Of a stretch of DNA of 64,000 bases, positions 51,519 to 62,924 are shown piece by piece. The notes under the pieces were generated by a model. That model had not been told where the DNA came from. It did no database searches and saw nothing but the letters and a program-made list of their open reading frames with translations. The number at the start of each line of letters is the position of its first letter. Position 1 is the first letter of the stretch. The stretch is taken from contig JBKJLC010000113.1 of the NCBI GenBank assembly GCA_046597055.1, forward strand, positions 1 to 64,000, given 5' to 3'. The position numbers and the translations under genes are program-made. Origin of the DNA: Kofleriaceae bacterium. Lineage in GTDB: Bacteria; Myxococcota_A; Polyangia; Haliangiales; Haliangiaceae.

Positions 51519-52663
51519 CGTACCCGGCCGTGCTGGTGCTCGAGAATGGTCGCATCTTCCGCGGGCGCGGCTTCGGCGCGCGCACCGTCAGCCACGGCGA
51601 GGTGGTGTTCAACACCTCCCTCACCGGCTACCAGGAGATCATCTCCGACCCGTCGTACTGCGGTCAGATCGTGGTGATGACCGCGGTCCAGATCGGCAAC
51701 GTCGGCGTCAACGAGAGCGATCTCGAGGCCAGCAAGCCGTGCTCGGCCGGGTTCGTCGTGCGCGAGCGCAGCGCCGCGTCGAGCTGGCGGTCCGAGGACG
51801 AGCTCGATGGCTGGCTGGCCCGCCACGGCATCCCCGGCCTCGACGACATCGACACCCGCGCGCTGACCCGGATGCTGCGCACCGAGGGCGCGATGCGGGG
51901 CGCGATCGCGCCCGACCCGGGCGGCGACTGCGCCGAGCTGCTTGCCGAGGTCCGCCGCCAGCCGGTGATGGAGGGCCTCGATCTGGTCCCCCGGGTCACC
52001 ACGGCCGAGCGCTACCCGTGGAGCGCCCCGTCGTGGCGCGCCACCTGGGAGTCGGGCCCGATGCCGGCCGAACCGCGCTTCCACGTGGTCGCGTACGACT
52101 TCGGGATCAAGCGGAACATCCTGCATCGGCTGGTCGACACGGGCTGCCGGGTCACGGTGGTGCCGGCCACCACCTCGGCCCAGGACGCGCTCGCGCTCGC
52201 GCCCGACGGCGTGTTCCTGTCGAACGGCCCCGGCGATCCGGCCGCGGTGACCTACGCGATCGAGGCCGCCCGCGCGCTGGTCGCGCGCGACCTGCCGGTG
52301 TTCGGCATCTGCCTCGGCCATCAGATCCTGTCGCTCGCGATCGGCGCGCGCACGTACAAGCTGCCGTTCGGGCACCACGGCGGCAACCACCCGGTGAAGG
52401 ATCTCACCACCGGCAAGGTCGAGATCACCGCGCAGAACCACGGCTTCGTGGTCGACCCGCAGTCGATGCCGGCCAGCGCGCGCATCACCCACCTCAACCT
52501 GTACGACGACACCGTCGAGGGGCTCGAGCTCACCGGGCGGCCCGTGTTCGGCATCCAGTACCACCCGGAGGCGAGCCCGGGCCCGCACGACGCGCACTAC
52601 CTGTTCGGGCGCTTCCGCGACGCGATGCGCGCGGGCAGCGGGCCCGGCAGCGGCCCCCGATGA
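51515..52663 (+). CDS. carA: Carbamoyl-phosphate synthase small subunit
   Basis: [42 protein letters not shown]. Confidence 0.97.
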   Translation: MTYPAVLVLENGRIFRGRGFGARTVSHGEVVFNTSLTGYQEIISDPSYCGQIVVMTAVQIGNVGVNESDLEASKPCSAGFVVRERSAASSWRSEDELDGWLARHGIPGLDDIDTRALTRMLRTEGAMRGAIAPDPGGDCAELLAEVRRQPVMEGLDLVPRVTTAERYPWSAPSWRATWESGPMPAEPRFHVVAYDFGIKRNILHRLVDTGCRVTVVPATTSAQDALALAPDGVFLSNGPGDPAAVTYAIEAARALVARDLPVFGICLGHQILSLAIGARTYKLPFGHHGGNHPVKDLTTGKVEITAQNHGFVVDPQSMPASARITHLNLYDDTVEGLELTGRPVFGIQYHPEASPGPHDAHYLFGRFRDAMRAGSGPGSGPR

Positions 52664-53358
52664 CCACGCGCGAGCGGCCGGTCGGCGTCCCCGACGCCTC
52701 GGGCAAGGCCGCGTACCTCGGCGAGGTGCTCGACGCGGTGGTCGCCGCGCACACCGGCGACGACGCCGGGGTGGTCGCCGCCCGCAAGGTGTTCGAGGAG
52801 CGCCGCGGCCGGGTGTTCGAGGACGAGGAGCTGTGGGAGGTGTGGAGCGCCGGCTTCGTCGAGTGGCTGGTCACCGAGCACGTCGCGGCCGGGCAGGCGC
52901 TGCCGCGGGCGGCCGCCGCGATGGCCGCGGCCGCCGACGCTGGTGACACCCGCCGGGCCGCCGCGATCCGCAGCTGGCTGACCTCCCACCGCAGCCTGTG
53001 GTCGGTCGAGAAGCTCGGCGACGGCTTCGTCGACCTGTTCGATCTGCTGGGCGGCGCGCACGTGCGCGTGGTCGAGCCGCGCGCGCTCCACGGGGTCTCG
53101 ATCGGCGAGGTCGCCGAGCTGCGCGTGATCGGCTTCGAGGGCGAGGTCCTGTTCGGCCGCGCTTTTCTGTTCCATCCCCGCGGGACCCGCGACGCGCTGC
53201 TCGAGCAGGCGCGCGCGATCACCGCCGACGGGGGCGACCGCCGCGCCGTCCTCGATCACGCCGCGCTGCTGCGGACCAAGGTGCTGCGCTACCGCCACGT
53301 GCCGGCGGCCCGGCTGTACGAGCGCGGTGGCGCGCTCGATCCGGCGCGGCACGAGTGA
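52660..53358 (+). CDS. Hypothetical protein
   Basis: ATGA-coupled to carA; host codon usage. Confidence 0.8.
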   Translation: MTTRERPVGVPDASGKAAYLGEVLDAVVAAHTGDDAGVVAARKVFEERRGRVFEDEELWEVWSAGFVEWLVTEHVAAGQALPRAAAAMAAAADAGDTRRAAAIRSWLTSHRSLWSVEKLGDGFVDLFDLLGGAHVRVVEPRALHGVSIGEVAELRVIGFEGEVLFGRAFLFHPRGTRDALLEQARAITADGGDRRAVLDHAALLRTKVLRYRHVPAARLYERGGALDPARHE

Positions 53359-54527
53359 CCCGGCCCGCCGCGCGGGTGGTCGCGGTGATCGCCGCTGGCA
53401 CCGGCGCGGTCGTCGGGGCCGAGCCGGCGGCGGCCCAGGTGCCGGTCGCGACCCGGCCCGCGTTCTCGGTCGAGCGGTTCACGCCCGCGCCGGGCGACGG
53501 CAGCTTCCTCGGCGTCGAGCGCGCCGACGTGCTGCCGGCCGGTCGGTGGTCGGTCGCGATCTCGACCTGGCTGGCCGAGCGACCGATCGTGCTGCGCGGC
53601 GTGCAGACCGGCCTCGAGGCGACCGAGCCGGTCCGCTGGCGCTGGGGCCAGGAGGTCGGCGTCGCGCGCGGGCTCGGCGCCCGCTACCAGGTGGGCCTGG
53701 CGCTGCCGGCCGCGGTCCAGTGGGGCGATCGCCTGCAGGGGATCGGCCTGGCCGAGGCGCCGCTCGACCGGTTCGTCCTCGGCGACGTTCGCTTGCATGG
53801 CCGGGCCCGCATCGCCGGCCTGCCGGGCGCGCCCGGGCTCGCGGCCGCGCTGGCCGCGGCGATCGTGCTGCCGACCGGCAACGACGACCAGCTCGCCGGC
53901 GAGGCCGGCTGGATGCTGACCTGGGGCCTGCGCCTCGGCTGGCGTTCGCACGACCTCGAGGTCGGCGGCGGCCTCGGCCTGCGCCTGCGCACCCGCGAGG
54001 TCGTGCTGCTATCGCCGGCCCGGCCGCACGGCAACGAGCTGGCCGCGAGCGCGGCGGCGGCGGTGCGGGTCGGGCCGCTCGGCCGCCTGTTCGGCGGCGA
54101 CGATCGCGCGTGGGTGCTGGCCGAGGTCGAGGCGGTGGTCGGCGACTCGCCCGGCACCGGCAGCCGCGGCCCGTCGCCGGCCGAGGCGCGCATCGGCGTG
54201 CGCGCCCACGTCCACCCCTGCTGGTCGGTCGCGATCGCGGCCGGCGGCGGGTTCACCCCCGACGAGATCGGCGCCCCGGGCTGGCGCGCGATCACGCAGC
54301 TCACCTTTGATCAGGCGCCGCCGCGCGACCGCGACCGCGACGGCGTCGCCGACGGGGCCGACGCGTGCTGGCGCGCGCCCGAGGACCGCGACGGTCACGA
54401 CGATCGGGACGGCTGCCCCGACCTCGACGACGACGCCGACGGCGTGCTCGACGAGGACGACCGCTGCCCGGGCGAGCGCGAGGACCGCGACGGCTTCCGG
54501 GACACCGACGGCTGCCCCGACCACGAG
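53355..54527 (+). CDS. Outer-membrane beta-barrel protein with thrombospondin type-3 repeats; no OmpA domain; 3' end unresolved (frame stays open to 56117)
   Basis: FSVERFTPAPG N-terminus, LGDVRL, LPTG..D..AGE; DRDRDGVAD..D.C...ED.DG..D.DGCPD repeats ending at about 54521. Confidence 0.8.
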
Positions 54528-57140
54528 GTGGGTGCGCGGGTGCGAGGCGTGCGTGGTGCCGTGGCCGTCGGCGGCGCCGAGGATGACCAGGCTGGCGTCG
54601 TGGTCGCCGATCAGGTCGCGCGCGGTCGGAGACAGGCAGACCTCGCCGGCGGGGGTGGTCGCAGCCAGGGACCACGCCGCGTCCACCAGCACACCCTCGG
54701 CGTGGTGGCCGTGGGCGGGGACCACCTGGACCAGGATCGCGGCCGACGAGCGCACGCCGGGGTGACCGGCGCGCAGCGCGCGCATCGCGGCGATCGGGGC
54801 TCGAAAGATCGCGGCCGGCCCGCGCGGGTCGTCGAGCAGGATGCCGCGCTCGGCCTCGATCGCACCGTGCATCCCGCGCAGCGCGCCCGGCTCGTCCATC
54901 CGCACGACCATGACGGTCGCCAGCCGCACCGGACACTCCGAGGCGGTCGGCAGCTCGCCGAAGAAGCCTTCGATCTCGACGACGATCGCCTCGGTCGCCT
55001 GGGCGTAGGGCAGGTGATCGGTGCCGTCGAGCTCGATCAGGCGCGCTCCAACGATGCCGGCGCTCAGCGCGTCGCTGGCGGCGCGGGACGCCACCCGATC
55101 GCCGGCGTGGCGCAGCACCAGGGTCGGCATCCGGATCGCCGGCAGGACGCTGCGCAGATCGAGCGCGGCGTGGGCGCGCACCAGCGCGGTCACCGACGAC
55201 GGGGTGGCGCCCGAGCGCAGGTAGCGGCCCCACCAGACCCGGAAGGTCTCGTCGTCGACCCGCGACGGCGCGAGGGTGTCGAGGAACAGCGGCTCGCCCC
55301 AGCGGCGGTGGAGCTCGGCGAGCCATCCCTCGAGTTCGGCCAAGGTCTGGCCGTGGTCAAACCCGATCCGCCGCACCAGCGACGGCGTGCCGCCCCAGAT
55401 CACGAGCGCGCGGATGCGCTCGGGATGGGTCGCGGCCACCATCAGCGTGACCGCCTCGGCCTCGTGGAGCCCGACCAAGATCGCGCGATCGACGCCGGCG
55501 GCGTCCATGACCGCCAGCAGCTCGGCCGCGTCGCTGGCCGCGCCCAGGCCGGTGACATCGCGGTCGGACAGGCCGGTGCCGCGCCGATCGTAGACCGTGA
55601 CCCGCGCGCGCCGGGCCAGGCGCGACATCAGCGCGGCGAAGCCGGGCTCCTGCCAGGCCAGCTCGAGGTGCGAGACCCAGCCCGGCACGATCACGAGGTC
55701 GCGCGGGCCCTCGCCGAAGGTCTGGTAGGCGATCACCGCGTCGCCGGACCGGACGTAGCGGGTCTCGGGCGGCTCGGGATCGCGCCAGCCGGGCGCGCCG
55801 CCGAGCAAGGTCACGCCCGAGCTCTCCGACACGGCGCGGCTGATGCCGCGGCGCACGTGGGTCGTTATCCGCTGGACCGCGCGCGACCACAGGTTGGCCA
55901 GCGCCGGCGTCCACGCCCCGGCGTCGAGCTCGGCCAGGGTGGTCAGGACCGCGCGGCCGAGCCCGTCGAGGTGCTCGCCGCGGACCCCGTGCTCGACCTG
56001 GCGGTGGCCGAGATCTTCGAGCAGCGGCACCACGATCTCCGGCGAGCGAGCGCCGTGGACCACGGTCGACAGGGTCGCCAGCAGCATCTGGTGCTGCGCC
56101 GCCAGGTCGGACGCTAAATGCGCGCGCAGCTCGGGGAGCTCCTCGCACAGGCGGTGGTACAGGCGGGGCGCGAAGGTCGGCACCGCCGCTGCCCGCTCGA
56201 ACGACGCGACCAGCCGCCGCGCCGCCTTGGACTCGGCGACCGCGTCGGCGCCGCTGTCGGCGACCAGCGGCGCGTAGACCGCGCCCAGCAGCTCGAGCCG
56301 GTCGCGCACCGCGGCCGCCGTCCGCGGCCGCTGATCGGCCGCGCGCGACACGCACTGGCCGATCAGGTTGGCCAGCGGCGCCGGCACGTCGCGGCGGAGC
56401 TGACCGATCGGGCTGAGCCCGTGGGTGAAGATGAACGCGACGGTGTCCTCGGGATCCCGATCCGCGTACGGCAGATCACCGGCGAGCAGCTCCCACAGCA
56501 CCACGCCGAGCGAGTAGATGTCGCTGCGGCCCGAGGCCGGCGCCTGCGCCGCCAGCTCCGGAGCCATGTAGACCGGGGTGCCGGAGAAGCGGGCGGTCTC
56601 GCCGCCGCGGGCAGCCAGGCGCGCGATCAGGTGATCGGTCGAGGGCTCGCTCCACGCGCCCTGCTCGGCGAGCCCGAAGTCGAGCAGCTTGACCACGCCG
56701 TCGCGGCCGACCACCGCATTCGAAGGCTTGATGTCGCGGTGGAGCAGGCCACTGGCATGCACCGCGGCCAGTCCGCGCGCCAGCCCGAGCGCGATGTGGA
56801 GCACCTCGCGCCATGGCACCGGCCGCGGCAGGCGGTGGAGCGGCGAGCCATCGACGAACTCGTACGCGATGTACGGTCGGTTGCTCACCGACGAGATGCG
56901 ATAGACGCTGACGACGTTGGGATGGTCGAGCCGGGCCAGCGCGCGGGCCTCGGCCAGGAACCGCTCGTGGGCGCGCGGGTCGGCGTTCGACGCCGCGATG
57001 AACTTCAGCGCGACCGGGCGATCGAGCAGCAGATCGCGCCCGAGATACACGGTTCCCATCGCTCCGTCGGCCAGAGGTCGAACGACCTCGTAGTCATCGA
57101 AGCGCACCGGTGGAAACACCCCCCAGACCCCCCTGCGCAC
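54009..57140 (-). CDS. Ser/Thr kinase - globin - alpha/beta hydrolase - degenerate class III cyclase fusion
   Basis: Kinase GAMGTVY/VALK/HRDIKPSN/DFG/YMAPE; globin FAPRLYHRL...LEDLGHRQVEHGV...WTPALANLW; LipJ-like TRYVRSGDAVIAYQTFGEGP...YDRRGTGLSDR; LATV...EVCLSPTARDL; homologous-looking sequence ends at about 54535. Confidence 0.85.
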   Translation of the reverse strand: MRRGVWGVFPPVRFDDYEVVRPLADGAMGTVYLGRDLLLDRPVALKFIAASNADPRAHERFLAEARALARLDHPNVVSVYRISSVSNRPYIAYEFVDGSPLHRLPRPVPWREVLHIALGLARGLAAVHASGLLHRDIKPSNAVVGRDGVVKLLDFGLAEQGAWSEPSTDHLIARLAARGGETARFSGTPVYMAPELAAQAPASGRSDIYSLGVVLWELLAGDLPYADRDPEDTVAFIFTHGLSPIGQLRRDVPAPLANLIGQCVSRAADQRPRTAAAVRDRLELLGAVYAPLVADSGADAVAESKAARRLVASFERAAAVPTFAPRLYHRLCEELPELRAHLASDLAAQHQMLLATLSTVVHGARSPEIVVPLLEDLGHRQVEHGVRGEHLDGLGRAVLTTLAELDAGAWTPALANLWSRAVQRITTHVRRGISRAVSESSGVTLLGGAPGWRDPEPPETRYVRSGDAVIAYQTFGEGPRDLVIVPGWVSHLELAWQEPGFAALMSRLARRARVTVYDRRGTGLSDRDVTGLGAASDAAELLAVMDAAGVDRAILVGLHEAEAVTLMVAATHPERIRALVIWGGTPSLVRRIGFDHGQTLAELEGWLAELHRRWGEPLFLDTLAPSRVDDETFRVWWGRYLRSGATPSSVTALVRAHAALDLRSVLPAIRMPTLVLRHAGDRVASRAASDALSAGIVGARLIELDGTDHLPYAQATEAIVVEIEGFFGELPTASECPVRLATVMVVRMDEPGALRGMHGAIEAERGILLDDPRGPAAIFRAPIAAMRALRAGHPGVRSSAAILVQVVPAHGHHAEGVLVDAAWSLAATTPAGEVCLSPTARDLIGDHDASLVILGAADGHGTTHASHPRTHLVVGAAVGVPEAVAVLALARAAVVLVEHAVGVVVEVGAAVPIVVTVAVLGRAPARVGPVGDAVAVAVARRRLIKGELRDRAPARGADLVGGEPAAGRDRDRPAGVDVGAHADARLGRRRAAAAGAGRVADHRLDLGQHPRAIVAAEQAAERPDPHRRRRARGQLVAVRPGRR

Positions 57141-57277
57141 CTCGAGACGATAGCAGGAGTCACCGCAGGGAGGTGAACATCTCGCCAGTGCCGTGCGGCG
57201 GTTCCCGACGCTGCGACGGTGAATGACCGCCATCTGTGCGCCAGCATGGCGGGAGTGCGTGCACGCGAGACAGCAGG

Positions 57278-57751
57278 CTATTCGAGCGGATTGCTCTGTG
57301 ACCACCGTTCGATCACGCGATCCGCCTCCAGCGTCAGGCGCACCTCGAACGTGGCACGCACGCCATCACAGTCCTGATCACCGATCGCGGTCAGCACCAG
57401 CACCGGGCCGTCACGATGCACCTGGTACGCGAACCGGTGGCGATCGTCGATCGAGAAGCCGAGCGCGCGCCAGCCCGGCAGTGCCCACCGGGTCGGCTCG
57501 GGAGCACAGGTGTCCCCGCTCTCGCAGCAGGTGCCGACCGCCGGGGTCGGCCCGACGGTGAGGTCGGGCAGCGCGTGGTGGGCGGCGGCGTGGAGCCGGA
57601 CGCGCTCGACCAGGTAACCCAGCAGCGCGGGCGCTTCACGCGCAGCCCGGCGCGAGGTGCACTGCCGTTGCGCCGCGGGGCAGGTCGCCAGGGCGCACAG
57701 GCCGATCAGGGCCAGCATCCAGCGCAGCCGACGCCATGCGCCACCCTTCAT
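57278..57751 (-). CDS. Type IV pilin-like protein (myxobacterial globular domain, degenerate N-terminus)
   Basis: EA..LL...P..VGPTP..CC....C....W....WRALGFSIDD.HRFAYQ...AIGDQDCDG..TFE; no GFTLIE prepilin motif. Confidence 0.6.
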   Translation of the reverse strand: MKGGAWRRLRWMLALIGLCALATCPAAQRQCTSRRAAREAPALLGYLVERVRLHAAAHHALPDLTVGPTPAVGTCCESGDTCAPEPTRWALPGWRALGFSIDDRHRFAYQVHRDGPVLVLTAIGDQDCDGVRATFEVRLTLEADRVIERWSQSNPLE

Positions 57752-57888
57752 CGGTCGTTCCTTGGCGGTCGCGGTCGGGGCGCGCCGGGCGCCCCGACGA
57801 TCGCCGGCTTACCGAGCACGGGATGGTGGGTCGCGGTCGCCACGGGGTCAGTTCGCGCGCACGGGTGCCAGCGGGCCCAGCCAGCGGG

Positions 57889-58854
57889 TCACGACGAGAC
57901 CTCCGCGAGGTGCCGACCGATCAGCCGCGCCACCGTCAGCGGCGCTTCGAGCTGGGGCACGTGGCCGATACCCGGCAAGATGTGCAGCTGCGCGCGCGGC
58001 AGGCGCGCATGCAGTCGCCGCGCAGTGTCGGGATGAATGATGCGGTCCTGCTCGCCGTGCACGATCAGCGTCGGTTGCGCGATCGCCTCGAGGTCCTCGG
58101 GCAGACCGTCGGCGGGGTCGGACTCGAGCCAGCCCCGGAACATGTCCTCGAGCACGGCGCGCCGCGCCGCCCGGCGGGCCGCGACGAAGCGCTTGACCGC
58201 CTGCGGGACCCGCGGCGGCTTCTCGACCATGAGATTGACGAAGCGGTCGGGGTCGTCGCCGGTCGGGATCAAGAGGTTCTCGCCGCGGGCGAGCGCCCGG
58301 GTCAGCTCGCTCTCGGCCGGGTCGGGCGCCGCCGACGCCACCAGCGTCAGCGACGCGATCCGCGCCGGGTGGTTGCGCGCCAGCCACAGCGCGATGCCGC
58401 CGCCCAGCGAGTTGCCGCACAGGTGGACCCGGACCAGCCCGCGCGCGTCGAGCAGCCCGATCACGGTCGCGCCCATCGCGGCCGCGGTGGCGCGGGCGCG
58501 CGGGATCAGCGACGATCGGCCGTGGCCGGGCAGGTCGAGCAGCAGCAGCGGGTGCCGGCGCAGCATCGGCGACATCAGCAACCAGGTCTCCTTGTCCCCG
58601 CCGAAGCCGTGGAGCATCAGCACCGGTGTGCCCGGGCGGTCCCGCTGGTAGAGCGCGAGCTCGAGATCGGCGACGCGCGCGCGGCTCGGGACCAGCCCGG
58701 CCGCGGTCGACATCGCGCGCTCGAGCGCGCGCATCTCGAGGCCGCCGAGCTTGACCTCGAGCCGTTGCGCCCAGGCCTGCCCCGCGCGCAGCCCGGCCTG
58801 GAGCCGCAGCGCGGCGGCGGCGGTGGCGTCGGCCACCGGTCGTGCGGGCATCAT
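57889..58854 (-). CDS. Alpha/beta hydrolase (lipase/esterase)
   Basis: HGFGG, DLPGHG, GNSLGG, HGEQDRI, GHVPQLE. Confidence 0.92.
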   Translation of the reverse strand: MMPARPVADATAAAALRLQAGLRAGQAWAQRLEVKLGGLEMRALERAMSTAAGLVPSRARVADLELALYQRDRPGTPVLMLHGFGGDKETWLLMSPMLRRHPLLLLDLPGHGRSSLIPRARATAAAMGATVIGLLDARGLVRVHLCGNSLGGGIALWLARNHPARIASLTLVASAAPDPAESELTRALARGENLLIPTGDDPDRFVNLMVEKPPRVPQAVKRFVAARRAARRAVLEDMFRGWLESDPADGLPEDLEAIAQPTLIVHGEQDRIIHPDTARRLHARLPRAQLHILPGIGHVPQLEAPLTVARLIGRHLAEVSS

Positions 58855-59978
58855 CGCGAGCTCCTGACTTGCGGCAGATCGGTCGGCAGGAGGGCCGGCG
58901 CCGGCGGCGCCGCCCGCGGGGTCAGCGCGCGCACGAACGCGATCAACGCCGCGCGCTCGTCGGCGGTCAGCGTCACCACCGGCAGCGCCGGATCGATCAC
59001 GCTGGGATCCGCCTGCTGGCCGCGCCCGCCGGCGAGGTGCCAGTCGATCGCCGCCTCGAGCGTGGCCGCGCTGCCGTCGTGGAACAGCGGCGCCCGGGCC
59101 GCGACCCCGCGCAGGGTCGGCGTCTTGAACGCGCCGGCCGCGGCCGGATCGACCCGGCCCCGGCCATCGTCGGGCGACGCGATCAGGCCGAGCCGGTGGT
59201 AGCCGAGATCGGTGTAGAGCGGCGGCGCGTGACAGGTCGCGCACTGGGCCTTGCCGTTGAACAGCGCGTAGCCGAGCTCGGCGCCGGCAAGCAGGCCGTC
59301 GTCGTCGCCGCGCTCGTGGGCGTCCCACGGCGCGTCACCGCTGTACAGCGTCGCAACGTAGGCGAGCAGCGCCGCCGAGGCGGTCGCGTCGGCCGCGCGG
59401 CCGCCCGCGGTGCGCGCGAAGTGCGCCGCATAGGTCGGGCTCCCGAGCAGGCGGACCAGCCCGGTCTCGAGCGGCAGGCCGAGCTGGCTGGCCACGTGGC
59501 TGGCGAGGAAGCTGGTGCGATCGATGCTGCGGCCGTCCCAGCCCAGCTCGCCGTGCCAGGCCAGGTTGTAGAGCGTCGGGGTGTGGCGCAGGTTGGGCTT
59601 GCCGTCGGCGTTGGCGGACCGCGGGACGCCACCGGCGAAGCCGCGGGCGGGCTCGTGACAGGTCGCGCACGCGGTGGTCGCGTCGACCGCGAGGCGCGGC
59701 TCGAAGAACAGCAGCTCGCCGAGCGCGATCTCGGCGCCGGTCGGCGCCTTGTCGGCGGGCAACGGCGGCAGGCCGGCCGGCGGCAGCGGCACCGGCGGCG
59801 GCGGCGGCAGCGCGACCTGACCGGTCGCCAGCACGCGCGGCTCGACCTCGAGGGTCGCGGCGACCACGGCGGCGGAGCCCGCGGGCGGCGCCGGATCGGC
59901 CGGTCGATCTTTCTTCGCGGGACAGCCCGCGACCAGGAGGAGGGCGAGCGGCGCGGCGAACCGGCGGCGATCAAGCAT
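58851..59978 (-). CDS. Di-heme cytochrome c peroxidase/MauG family lipoprotein
   Basis: LGELLFFEPRL..CATCH, TPTLYN..WDGR, second CATCH, FKTPTLR, FHDG; lipobox LVAGC. Confidence 0.9.
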   Translation of the reverse strand: MLDRRRFAAPLALLLVAGCPAKKDRPADPAPPAGSAAVVAATLEVEPRVLATGQVALPPPPPVPLPPAGLPPLPADKAPTGAEIALGELLFFEPRLAVDATTACATCHEPARGFAGGVPRSANADGKPNLRHTPTLYNLAWHGELGWDGRSIDRTSFLASHVASQLGLPLETGLVRLLGSPTYAAHFARTAGGRAADATASAALLAYVATLYSGDAPWDAHERGDDDGLLAGAELGYALFNGKAQCATCHAPPLYTDLGYHRLGLIASPDDGRGRVDPAAAGAFKTPTLRGVAARAPLFHDGSAATLEAAIDWHLAGGRGQQADPSVIDPALPVVTLTADERAALIAFVRALTPRAAPPAPALLPTDLPQVRSSR

Positions 59979-61013
59979 GGTGGGCCGCGTACGTGGTGGG
60001 GGGAACCTCGGCGAGCACGCGCATCGCGTTGTCGCCGAGGATCTTGGCGATCACGCGCGGCGCCACGCCGCGGCGGTGCAGGGCGACCGTGAGGTTGGGC
60101 AGCGCGGCGACGTCCTCGAGCCCGACCGGCGGCACCACGAAGCCGTCGAAGTCCGAGCCGATCGCCGGCACGTCCTCGCCGGCGACCTTGATGATGTGCA
60201 GCAGGTGATCGACCACCGCCTCGACGGTGGCGCCGCCGAGGAACCGGCGGGCGAAGATGATGCCGACGCAGCCGCCGTGCTCGCCGACCGCGCGCAGCTG
60301 CGCGTCGTCGATGTTGCGCCAGTGCTCGTGGACGCCGAGCACGCCGGTGTGGGTGACCATGGCCGGCTGGGTCGACAGCTCGAGCGCCTCGAAGAAGCCC
60401 TTGCGATTGATGTGAGCGAGGTCGACCACCACGCCGCACCGGTTCATCTCGCGCACGACCTCGCGGCCGAGGTCGGTCAGGCCGCGCTCGCGGTCGGCGC
60501 CCTTGCCCTTGGCCGGCGAGCCCAGCGCGTTGGCCGAGAAGTGCAGGAGCCCGATGTAGCGCACGCCGCGGCGCGCGAAGTGCTCGACCAGCGCCGGGTC
60601 GCCCTCCAGCGCCTGGCCGCCCTCGATCCCGCCGAGCGCCGCCAGCTGCCCGCGGGCCTTGGCGGCGGCGATGTCGGCCGGGGTCAGCGCCCAGGTCAGC
60701 TGATCGGGATCCTTGGCGATCGCGCGATCGATCGCGTCGAGCTGGGTGTCGACCGAGGCCCGGCAGCCGCGCTCGGGGTAGGGCAGGGTCCAGAGCCCGA
60801 AGAACTGGGCGGCGACGCCGCCGTCGCGCAGCCGGGGCAGGTCGACGTGGCCGACATAGTTGAGCCGGCCCGACATCGGGCGCTCGTGGCGCTCGGCGAG
60901 GTCGAAGCCCATCTTGTCCATGAGCTTGGCGGTGTCGGCGTGCAGATCGGTGACGGTCGCCTCGGCGTGCAGCGCGCGGGCGTCGTCGGGCGTCATCGCC
61001 AGGCGGACCGTGG

Positions 61014-61017
<4 letters not shown>
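59971..61017 (-). CDS. Membrane (renal-type) dipeptidase, M19
   Basis: DLHADT, HVDLPRL, IEGG, DLAH, RNIDD, IGSDFDG. Confidence 0.92.

Positions 61018-62920
<1,903 letters not shown>

Positions 62921-62924
<4 letters not shown>

Noticed and set aside
49547..52663. 1038-aa ORF suggesting an N-terminally fused CarA
   Set aside because: The upstream part is shadow of the cinA-like and pyrC-like genes; carA starts at GTG 51515.
57141..57277. Intergenic region as a possible riboswitch
   Set aside because: No recognisable aptamer consensus, and a -10 box directly before the GTG leaves no leader.
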